This document shows positions 24,691-35,006 of a DNA stretch of 64,000 nt, piece by piece. Position 1 is the stretch's first letter; each line of letters starts with the position of its first letter. A program made the translations under genes and the position numbers. Source of the stretch: Raja brachyura (taxonomy: Eukaryota); NCBI GenBank assembly GCA_963514005.1, contig OY740808.1, forward strand, positions 17,856,001 through 17,920,000, written 5' to 3'. The notes below the pieces were generated by a model, which ran no database searches, was not told the DNA's origin, and worked only from the letters and a program-made list of their open reading frames with translations.

Positions 24691-26493
24691 AAGTATATAT
24701 GTCTTTACACTTCAGTTAGGATGTGTCTTTCCACTTCAGAGTTCATTGTGCTACTACCATCAGCAGTTGTATCATCAATGAGCCAGTACCTTCAATGTGC
24801 ACTTTAACCACATGTGATTTTTTTCTATTACAAATCTCAAATTGTGGAGTACAGAGGCAAATAAATAAATGATGGGTCTTTGTCCAAAACATTATGGAGG
24901 GCACTGTAATTAAAGGGGAATGAATGGGCCTATGAGAGAGATGAAGCTGCAGGATCACAGGGCATAGAGACAGGTGATTGGAACTGATGAGATTGCTCTT
25001 CTGGGAGCCTTAATGGAACCAAGAGACCGAATGGCCTGCTCCTGACTTGTAATCTGTTGCAAATACAATTCTTGATCTTTTTGAACAATGTATTTAACTG
25101 CTTCAATGACAGTGTGTCTATTTTGTCTATATTAAGTTGCCAATATTAAGTTGTTAGGGCATATCACAGATTCCTAGCATGGCACTTTCTCAAGCATTTA
25201 GTGAGGCAGAATCTACCTTAACTGTTAATGATATGTTTATACTGATAATCTTTAGCTTTAACCTAGTAATAGATTGTATTGTAAAAGAGGATTCGGGTAA
25301 ACATTTGCTTCTCTACCTAATGCCTACTTTTGAAGTTGTGCATGATCTTGCCCTATTTACGTAATATGAGTACCTTTGCATTGCTTGGTGACTCTGGCTT
25401 TGATTGGGAGCTCACAAGAGCAATTGGCTGGTAATAGAAATATCCCTTGGTACACTAAGGACTCTTCTGTAAATGGGCTGTAGGAAAGTATCCTTATTCG
25501 GCAATCAAGATAATTCTGTACCAGATTTAGAGTTGCTCAGTCAAGCTATGGAATGAGTTTTTGTCTGCGGTTAATGTATTCAGTCGTTAGGTAATGCAGA
25601 AAGATCTTTACTCTGCATCCAACTTGTGTTGTACCTGATCTATCCAGGTCAACAATGAAAAGGTAAAACCATGAAAACATTTTCTGGAATAATAGGAAGC
25701 AAAGTGAAAACTGAAATTAATAATCAGTCAGTGCAGTCAAACAGCAATGTGTTTGTGGAACATGATATTTAACCCAGCCTTGCAGATGCATCATGTCAGT
25801 AACAGCTGTCTAGCATGCACGTGCAATAAACGGCATAATTATAAACCTATTTAACACTGTCTCATATACACAGATTTGGGTGCATAATAACAGGCAGATG
25901 TTGGGTTCCGTTGAATATAATCCATTGATGTGCATTGTGCAGTAAAACATCTATCTATCTTCCTTTTGTTTTAAATTAGTCGCAGCACATAAAACTGCTA
26001 TTTATCCACAACAGGTCTTTGATTTTGCATTTTCTTTATGCATTTTTACAGAAAATGTTTTGCTTTCTTGGTGTTGAGAGATGTTATTTATTTATTCCTG
26101 TCTTCTTATTTTTTTATGCATTTTAAATGTAAAGGTCAGGCACAATACAAGTTAAAATACAGAGTAATGATGCTGATACACATTCTGTGAGTTGATCAAT
26201 CCCTACAAGATACCATGTTATTTTGCATATTTTGTATTGATAAATTTCAAGTAAAGGTTCCATTCTCCTGAAAGAAAACATAATATCATCCCTAAGGTGA
26301 TATATCTTAATCTTTTTGACCTGTTTGATAATATCAATGTCAGCCTTCACATGTTAGATCATGCACATTCACGCAGTGGTGTTTCATTGCCATGGCAATA
26401 AACTACTCTAGGAAGGTTGACTATTTTTGATGTGCACTCTCAGATCTATGTGATGCCATTTTAAATATTAAATAAACATTTTAATTTTAACAG

Positions 26494-26505
26494 AGCTTCA
26501 TTACA
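26494..26505 (+). CDS. Candidate 12-nt GRK3 alternative microexon (SFIT)
   Basis: ttttaattttaacAG|AGCTTCATTACA|GTGAGT; phase 0-0, matching the host intron. Prediction only. Confidence 0.45.
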
Positions 26506-26581
26506 GTGAGTAGATCAGTGCAACGCCCTATAAAATGAGATCTAATCAAACAAAGGATTTGTCGTGTTATTTTCCATTTAG

Positions 26582-26614
26582 GATGCCTGGATTATTTATA
26601 AAAGGCGTAGGCTG
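26582..26614 (+). CDS. Candidate 33-nt GRK3 alternative exon (DAWIIYKRRRL)
   Basis: CTAAT branch-like motif at 26542, acceptor gttattttccatttAG, open phase-0 frame, donor CTG|GTAAGA. Prediction only. Confidence 0.55.
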
Positions 26615-26775
26615 GTAAGAATACTGCTATCAAACTATAGCATCGACCCAGTCTCCCATGCTATAGTTGAAACTTTGGGTGTATTGTGGGGTCGTCATGA
26701 TTAGTTTTATTAACATATAACTATTTTCGTTTTCATTTTACATTGTCTTTCTGTCTCTCATTCTTTCCCCTTCAG

Positions 26776-26787
26776 CTAGCAGCTTAG
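26776..26787 (+). CDS. Candidate alternative terminal exon of GRK3 (LAA-stop)
   Basis: ~50-nt pyrimidine-rich tract ending ttccccttcAG, then CTA GCA GCT TAG; AATAAA at 27351 and 27628. Confidence 0.45.
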   Translation, partial: LAA

Positions 26788-28547
26788 CTATCGCAAACTT
26801 AATTATTCAAGAAGAGAAATGCTTTTAAATGTTGCATTTTATTTTTAGTTTCTTTAACATTCTCTCATCCCTCTTTTAAGAAGCAAGGAGAACAAATTGG
26901 GCATTTTCATTGATTTATTTTCTCCTTTGGTGGTCATCCTGTTTAACATATTCAGCCTTGCTGGAAGATTAGCCAAAAAACAATGAAATTCAATCAATTT
27001 AAGCCGTTTAAATGCTTATGTATCAGGCCACATGAAGCAGGGTCATACTAGCACAATCTATCTTAATTGACAGCCTTCCTGTGTGAATCGTTTTGATAGC
27101 CCACCCTGGGTTTGTATGGTTGTCCCTTGTGACAATGTATGTGCTTATACTCGAGCATTTCTGTAATGGTTATTTTTGTGAGGTATTGTTTTCTGATCCA
27201 ATTTGGAAAGTACAACCTCAAAACCACTATTACATAAAAAAAATTAAAGTAGTTGCAGGTGGTCAGTACCAACATGGAATATGTTTGCAAATTGGACCAG
27301 CTAGTTATGAGCAACGTCTGGGATTCTGACATGATAGCTTGGCTCTTGAGAATAAAACTACATTGCACCATCCATTTTCATTTGTATTCAGATCTATCTT
27401 TATTCTTCATTCTTTTCTGCCAATTTTCCTCTGCTTCATCCTCTCCTGATGATCTTGGCAGCTTGCTGGAGAAGTCATGATAATTGCTGACACAACTTCT
27501 GGTAATCTCCAATATTTTTGAAAATTGCAAACAAACATTTCCATTTTGGCCACAACTATTTAAAAATGCCCACAACATCCAGAAATCCCTGTGTCTATCA
27601 ATTCACCATCAACAGAGACCACAAAACAATAAATAATAAGATCAGATGTGTTCCTTCAAAGAAGCCAGGTTTGCTACACTCTGAGCTCAAGTACAGGCCA
27701 TTGAATTCTGTGCAGAGCAAGGTTGCCATTTCTTTTAATTCCTGCTCACTTGCACCTAGAATTTTACCGTATCAATATAAGTAGTGATTGAAATGAATTG
27801 TAGAAGGATGGAGTGTGACATTAAATTCTTTGAAGGATGATGAGAGAAATGATCTGAAAATGCAAGACTAAATTGTAATGGTGCATTGTACATGATCTGT
27901 TGAAAAGCTGACCTGCATAGAATTGAATTCTAAGCCTATCATTGTCTTGCCAAGATGTGGTTTTTTTTCACAGTATATGGATAGAGATTTTGTTTTAAAT
28001 TGAAATGGTTTTCCATGGATTGTGTTTTTGTATTCAGATGCTGAAATTGTTTAAAAGGCATAGTGAATTAAAACAACAGTGGGTTTGATTAGCATTCTAA
28101 AACAATGAGTCTGAATGAGTTCCAAGGTTTTTATCATCAAACTATCACTGGATCTCCAATTTAATTAATTCACACAATATTTTCATGGCTCTTCCTTGAA
28201 ACCAATGTCTTAATTTTTTTTCATTTCTTTGAATTCCTTATTAAGCTTAGAAACGTTCATTAAAAAAAATGTTTTATTGATTTTTAGAGGCAAGATGTTG
28301 ATGTTTTCAGAAATACATCAGAGTAGAAAATCAGTCAAATCGTTATTGCCAAAGCCCTAACAAGAGAATGTGTCCAATTCTAAACATAGCATTTAAACAA
28401 GTATGTTGAGACATTAGAAAGTTCGGAGGAATTATGCCAGGGAATCAGGGAGCTATGTAGAGGTTAAAGGGAGATTGATGAGAAGTTTTCCAAAAATTCT
28501 CAAGAATTTTGATTGAAAGAAGAAATGTTTCCACTAGTTTGGGAATA

Positions 28548-29203
28548 CAATCACAATCACAATAATACTTTATTAGCCAAGTATGTTTTGCAACATATGA
28601 GGAATTTCATTTGCCAAGTCAGTCATACAAATATAAAGCAATGGAACACCCTAAATACATTTTACCATAAACATCCACCACAGTGACTCCTCATTCCTCA
28701 CTGTGATGGAAGGCGAAAAAAAAAGTTCAGATCTCTTCCCTTCTTTGCTGTCCCACGGTCAGGGATGATCTTGACTCCGCGCGGCGATCGAACACCGCAT
28801 CGGGACTGGTCGAGCCTCTGCTTCGTTGGAGCTCTCGACTAGCCTCTCCAGAGACTGCAAGCTCACACTGGTAAAGTTTGCAAGCCGCAGTTGGAGCGAT
28901 CCCAGGCAAGCGATCAACTCCGATGTTCAGTCCCTGCCCAGCGGTGGGGCTCAAAGTCAGTCCGAGGATGCCTCCGGCTCCATTGATGGTAGGCCACAGA
29001 GCCATCGAGATGCGATCCGGAAAAAAATCGCATCTCTGGCATGGTAAGAAACTGAAAAAAAGTTTCCCCCGACCCCCCTCCCCCTCCCCCTCCCCCTCCC
29101 TAAAATAAACATTTACACAAACTTTTAAAACACACAAAAAAAAAGACGAAAACACAGACAGACTGTTGGGTGGGCTGCCAATCGTGCGGTGCCCCTGGTG
29201 GTA
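28548..29203 (-). mobile_element. Non-autonomous retroposon-like element related to 6913-7883
   Basis: (ATTGTG)n tail and AATAAA on the minus strand; shared GCCTTCCA.CACAGTGAG...TCACTGTGGTGGATG hairpin. Confidence 0.7.
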
Positions 29204-29452
29204 GATTTAAAATAATTAACAAATGACTAAATAGGATTTGAGAAGTTTTTATAGTGGAGCATCTTATGTTCCAGAAAGCGCTACGTGAAACAATTGAAAA
29301 AGCAAAGGCATAGAACCAAATGTATCTGCCATTCTCATCTGATTCTTCCTTTTGTTTTTTCTATCTGTTCTCCTGAACGATAGGGAGTTCCAGATGGGAG
29401 GGCATCTGGGCAGATGGATGGGAGCCAAATAAAGTCTCAGTTACATTAATAA

Positions 29453-30809
29453 CTAGACTAAGTGGGACCCGTTGGGTCCCAGCTTCACAAGGGAGGGCTG
29501 GTCCCCCGACGCAATATTCCACCTCTCCACCAATTCCAATATTGGTGGCCAGTGGGGGGGGGGGGGGGTGGCTTTCTGGAGCACTAGTATGGGTGTTGTG
29601 GGCTGAAGGCACTGGTTTCTAGAGGGCTAGTATGGACATTGTTGGCCGAATGGATTCTTGGGCTGGCGGCTCAGTCACTCAAGCCTGTTGTGCTGGCAGC
29701 TCACTCATGGCTGGTGGGCTGGCAGTTGACTCACGGCTATTCCTTGAAATTCCAGTTCAAGCAGGGTGCAAGGCCACGAAATTCAAGTGCAGTTTCTTAC
29801 CACTTCAAGCAGGGTGCAAGGCCACCAAATTCAAGTGCAGTTTCATACCATTTTAAGCAGAGTCCAAGGCCACTAAAGACAGCGAGTCGTGACGTCTCCC
29901 TCCTCCATCTTGCAGAGACTGAGCCACGCCCACACTTCTGGGTTTTAAAGTCCCACCCCCCTCCCACCAGAAGGGTCGTGGCCTTCATGGCGTGATTGAC
30001 ATTTTTAAAACACTAATACCTCTTTTATTTTTCATCGATGGGAAAAATCCTCAGCACCTTACGAGCGGAGGGGGACTCTAAGTAAGATGGCCAAAAATCA
30101 CAGCCGCACGTGGTAGCGTTTTTTCTAAAATCAATATAAAGCGCAAACAGGATGTGGTCAAGATTAGACCTTTAATTATACAGAAGGCAAGGCAACTTTA
30201 ATTAGGCAAGGCAACTTTAATTAGGCAAGGCAACTTTAATTAGGCAAGGCAACTTTAATTAAGCAAGGCAACTTTAATTAGGCAAGGCAACTTTAATTAG
30301 GCAACACAGCTTTAGCATTTCCAAACCAAAGGCAACACAGCTTTAGCATTTCCATACCAAAGGCAACACAGCTTTAGCATTTCCAAACCAAAGGCAACAC
30401 AGCTTTAGCATTTCCAAACTATATTTTCAAACCACATTAAGGGCACTGACAGGTCAGTAAAACCACTCACAGTTTAGTAGACATGTGTTCAGTGTTATTC
30501 ACAGTGCAGACTGAGTGACGTGACCCTCTCGCTCCCCCATCTTGCAGAGACTGACTGAGGCACTCAACACTTCTGGGTTTTATAGTCCCTCCAGAAGGGG
30601 TGTGGCCTTCTGGAGCGAGAATCTCAACATTTTTTAAACACTAATAACTCTTATTTTTAATCGATGGGAAAAATCCTCTTGTCCTGCACAGCGGAAGGGG
30701 ACTCTGAGTAAGATGGCCAAAAATCACAGTCGTAAGTGGCAGCGTTTTTTCTAAAATCAATATACAGAACACCAGGAAGTGGTCAAGATCAGACTATTAG
30801 TAATATAGA
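29453..30809 (-). mobile_element. Non-autonomous Helitron
   Basis: Minus strand A|TC 5' end at 30809 and CTAG|T 3' end at 29453; GGGACCC-nnn-GGGTCCC hairpin 11 nt from the 3' end; no TSD. Confidence 0.9.
30186..30420 (+). repeat. Two adjacent minisatellites inside the Helitron
   Basis: About 6 copies of GGCAAGGCAACTTTAATTA (19 bp), then 4 copies of GGCAACACAGCTTTAGCATTTCCAAACCAAA (31 bp). Confidence 0.93.
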
Positions 30810-33485
30810 TAAAAATACAGGTAAAGCTCAGCAGGTCAGGCAGCATGTGTGGAAAGAGAAAACTTTAATATTTCAGGTTTTTGACCCTTGCACAGAACAG
30901 GAAACAAGTTATTTTTTAGGAGTTTAGTTAATGTGTCAGTCAGAGTAGCAATTGGAAGCATAAAATCATCTGCTGTAGCAATGATCATTGATATGAGTGA
31001 GCTGGAATCACATTCAGGTTATTCTGGGGGATGATGGCAGATTCCTTCCAAGAAGGGCATCAATGAATACGTTTTTATGGCCATGTGGGTTTATGGGGTT
31101 TTTTGGCAGACACTACCATGTTTTTAAATTAATAATGTTTCATTTATTTAAGGATACTGACATTTCCAGCTGTCATGTGAGGTTTGAATTTGTGTTTCTG
31201 GATCAGAGGTGTAGAATTCTGACTGTTAGTCCAGTACCTTAATCGCTATGGCACTGTCTCCCTTATTCTCTTCATCATCGTGAGAATTTGATCTCCTTGG
31301 GTAATTACATCATTGCGCATGGCGTTTTATGTGCTGAGGAGGTCAATGCTATTGTTGCACCTGGCCAGATAATGTGGATTGAGGAACTGTCTTACTGTTG
31401 CTGGCCTGCCTCCATGGAATGTACAACACAAAACTGGTCAGACCAACTAATCCATGCCGGTATTTGTGTTTCACCTGCGCCTCCTCCCATCTTTGCTCAT
31501 ACAAGTCTATCGGTGTAAACCTCCATTCCTTTCGCCTTTGAATTGTTGTCCATCCTCTCCTTCAATAGATATATAGCTATTCACTGCAAGCACAGTTTGT
31601 AGTAGCAACTTACACATTCACGCCACTCTTCATTTATCAAGTTGATCCTTTCCCTGCAAATAAAAACATTCTCTCTGCAGAAACTTCATCAAAACTTTTC
31701 ATCATTGCAACTTATTTGCCCAATCTGCAATTTTATTAATGTTCCGATATAATTAATTACAATCCTCCTCCGTATCAACTATTTCCTTACCCCTTGCAAT
31801 TTGGAGTCAACTTTAAATTTAGAAATTATGTTGTTCCATTGTTTATGTGTCCACCTCCCAAATACCATTCCTCACCTCCCGCAATGATGGATGTTACCTG
31901 GTTTCTCCCTCTTAAGTAATGTAATGAAGTAATGAAATGATTCTAATCTAGAGCCACAATTCCCCAAAAAGATGAAGAATTTTGGAAAGTTAGGACTGTT
32001 TAATCAGCAATGCTTTTGTATATTTATTTCAATATTATTATGTCAAAGCAAGATCTTAAAATTGGCCTATCTTATTTTTTCATTTGTCCAAACTTCAGCT
32101 AATAATAAACTGTCAAAATGTTCTCCACTACTGGCTTTTAGTTTCTTGGCATTGTGTGCATTTTGTTCTTGTGCTCCATTGTGAAAATGGAATACATTTA
32201 ATGAGCTTTACATATTTTCCCTATGTATTCTCACAAACTTCTTTCTTCAGTGAACCTACATTTTTATTGCTTGCACAGTATATTTGCAGATTATTTTTAC
32301 TTTTTAACTTTTACAGTCAACATTTCAATGTTTTCCTCATATCCCATTTCTCATTACGTAGTTGTTCTGATCAACTGGATTCCCACATGTCCATGCACCT
32401 CTCTGTTGTTGACTGTGGTTACTCAGCTTTATAATTGGAGCATTGCCCTCTTTTCAATTTATACTGATTTTGTTTTGGAGTAATTACATTCACATTTTTA
32501 CACCCCCCCCCCCCATTATGTTTAGGTTTATCCATTAACATTTTTGCACTACTATTCCTCATTTATATCTAGTTCCTTTGAAATGTTTCTCATGTATCTT
32601 TGGTTTATAAGAATCTCTTCACTCTTTCAAACCTAATAACAAATTCAATCACATTACATTCACATGTTGGAACCTAACAGTTGTGCCTCTCTTCTAGATC
32701 AAATGTATGATTATCAGTGAATGAACAATTATAGAAAAAAAAAAGACTAAATGCAGTGACTTGACTTAATTTTCCAGCAAAGGCTGGAAATCTTTGCATA
32801 TATGATTTGGGGTCATGCCATATATTATAAAACAAGTTTTGAGATTACTTTGAAGATATGGAAATAGTAAACTAATTAAAAACAATATATTTGATAATCA
32901 TTTTGCGAGTTAGGAAACCTTAATGATATGTTTTGGTTTTCAGACTAATCAGTTTTCTTCTCATGTGATGTCCCAGTAGACACAGAATCGGGAGAACAGT
33001 ACGACATTCTTACAACTGTTGTCCAATTTAACCGGATGACTTTCTCCTGCGCACCCTTTCAGTTTGTTAGAGTTTTCTGTTGCGCTGTTTTACCATGATG
33101 GCCTGCCTACATGTGATTTGGGTAGACCAGGCCACAAATGACAACTGACTCCTTTTCTTCACCACATCCATAGCAGCAACACAGTTATAGCACCAGGCCA
33201 GGCTTCAGCATCGTTATTACCACAATGTCTACGTTTTGACTTAATGTAGAACACAGATGCTGTCCATCTAAAATCCCTATTTTTATGTGTTTGTCAATGT
33301 GTGGCCTCGTATAATTAGTTAAGTAGCCTCTAAGGCGATTTCTCCCATACCCAGAATGGCTTCCCCTTGGATAGTAAGTAGTAATAGGATTTAGCAACCC
33401 GCTGCAAAACCCAATGTCAAAATTAAGTAAATACTTTGACGTTCATTTCTGAATTTAACTCTTCTTTTCTGTTTTATTAATGTAG

Positions 33486-33599
33486 CAAAGCCTGCTGACA
33501 ATGGAGCAGATAGTTTCAGTGGAAGAGACTCAGATTAAAGATAAAAAATGTATCCTGTTGCGGTTTAAGGGAGGAAAGCAATTTGTATTGCAGTGTGAG
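33486..33599 (+). CDS. GRK3: GRK3 coding exon (exon 20 equivalent), PH domain
   Basis: gtag/gtaag flanks, 114 nt, [38 protein letters not shown]. Confidence 0.96.
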
Positions 33600-34645
33600 G
33601 TAAGTGCTTCTGTGGGTCAGGGAGGTCTAGAGATGAGTGGTGTGCCTCACCATTTTAACAATAGTAAAAATAGAAAAGCTTTATTGCTGTACTGTGACTT
33701 ACAGGAGTGGGTTTGATTCAGTATATTACATAAAGAAATTGATTAGACAGTTTTTGAAACTATTTGAGTTGGAGAAAGTTAATTGTTATATTGTTATATT
33801 GTTATATTGTTCAGTACAATAATTGATTGAAAATCTAAACAACAGCTTATATGTGGAATAAACTGATTGTTTACTTTACGGCACTAGATGTGAATCCAGT
33901 TCAGACTAATGAGATGAAAGTTCGATGAAGACATGAGCTGATTAGTTGATCTCAATTTAGTTCCAAGAACTCTTTGCCATTTTGATTCAGAGAAGCTGCA
34001 CGGATGAGTGACGCACAGAATATGTTCCCTCTCATTATTGTTGAGAAGGAAATTTACTCTTCATATATATATATAAAGTAACTTTATTTCATGGAGAACG
34101 GAATTAGAATATGTTAAAATGCTTCATTGCTTGACCAAAGCAAAAATTCATAATGCTTGTGTTTCAGGCACCTGATACAATATTCACAATGTGTTTTTGT
34201 GGTGGATAACTACAGTTAAAATATCCCTGGTCCCTCTGAAGAAAATATTGCTCAGGGTTGCTAGTCCCTGCAGGTTTCTAGAAAAGTTCATTAACAATGT
34301 TTATCTGCAAACTTCATCTGAGGACAGGACAAAGCCAGGCTAAATACCTCTCATAATTAAATATCTTGCCACAAATTTAGGAAGATGCAAGAAAGCTGTT
34401 AGTGATTGTTGTAATTTTCTATGTACTATGAATGGAGGGATATGGATCACATACAGGCAGATAAGATTAGTTTAATTTTGCATAATTATCATCATGGGCA
34501 TTGTAGGCTTAAGGGCCTGTTCCTGTGTTGGACTATATTCTATGTTCAACAAATACCACCGGGAGGAAGACAGTGGAGACAGTTAGGAAATGTAACTAAA
34601 GATTTAAACTGATGTCCTTGCACTTCCTTTTTGTTGTTTTTCCAG

Positions 34646-34807
34646 AGTGATCCAGAGTTTATCCAATGGAAGAAAGAATTAACGGAAGCTTTCAACGAAG
34701 CTCAGAGGGTGCTGCGGAGAGCCCCTAAGGTGCTGAACAAGTCACGTTCAGCAGTGGTAGAGCTGACCAAACCCCCTCTCAGCCACAGGAACAGCAACGG
34801 GCTTTAG
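34646..34807 (+). CDS. GRK3: GRK3 last coding exon (exon 21 equivalent), G-beta-gamma-binding C-terminus
   Basis: ccag acceptor; [53 protein letters not shown], then TAG TAG. Confidence 0.97.
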   Translation, partial: SDPEFIQWKKELTEAFNEAQRVLRRAPKVLNKSRSAVVELTKPPLSHRNSNGL

Positions 34808-34942
34808 TAGAGAGCACTTGTGTGTGAGTGGGGGAAGAGAAACAAGAGACCAGAGGATGGTTTTGTGCAACTACTTCTATATCACCTCGTACGTGGTCCA
34901 GCGTGTTGTTATTAGTTAATTATATGATCCCACAAAACAGGG

Positions 34943-35006
34943 TATATATATATGTATAGATATGTATATCTATATCTATATATATGCATACATGTATGTA
35001 TATATG
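34943..35006. repeat. Imperfect (TA)/(TG) microsatellite in the GRK3 3' UTR
   Basis: Alternating purine-pyrimidine run ~135 nt after the stop codon. Confidence 0.75.

Larger units (their letters stand above)
21525..24906. mobile_element. Tc1 ends (same family as 5248-7897) enclosing a Gypsy internal region
   Basis: TA|CAGTGCCCTCCATAAT...ATTATGGAGGGCACTG|TA. Left TIR is ~59 bp; right part is an inverted transposase scrap (~24700-24790) plus ~110 bp of TIR. Confidence 0.9.

Noticed and set aside
25980-26126. Additional acceptor-like sites at 25979 and 26051 upstream of the mini-exon cluster
   Set aside because: No convincing matching donor (gtcttt, gtgttg) and no frame-preserving length; not supportable without RNA data.
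29186-29203. CTCF-like motifs (also near 35185 and 39543)
   Set aside because: Imperfect short matches expected by chance; the first lies at a repeat edge.
30186-30420. Regular repeats superficially like a CRISPR array
   Set aside because: Head-to-tail tandem units with no unique spacers, inside a Helitron in vertebrate DNA.
524-34807. Assignment as GRK2 (ADRBK1)
   Set aside because: Diagnostic residues KGTAYD, FPLVISE, GYMLKLG, GEGESR, IKDKKC and the RNSNGL end match GRK3.
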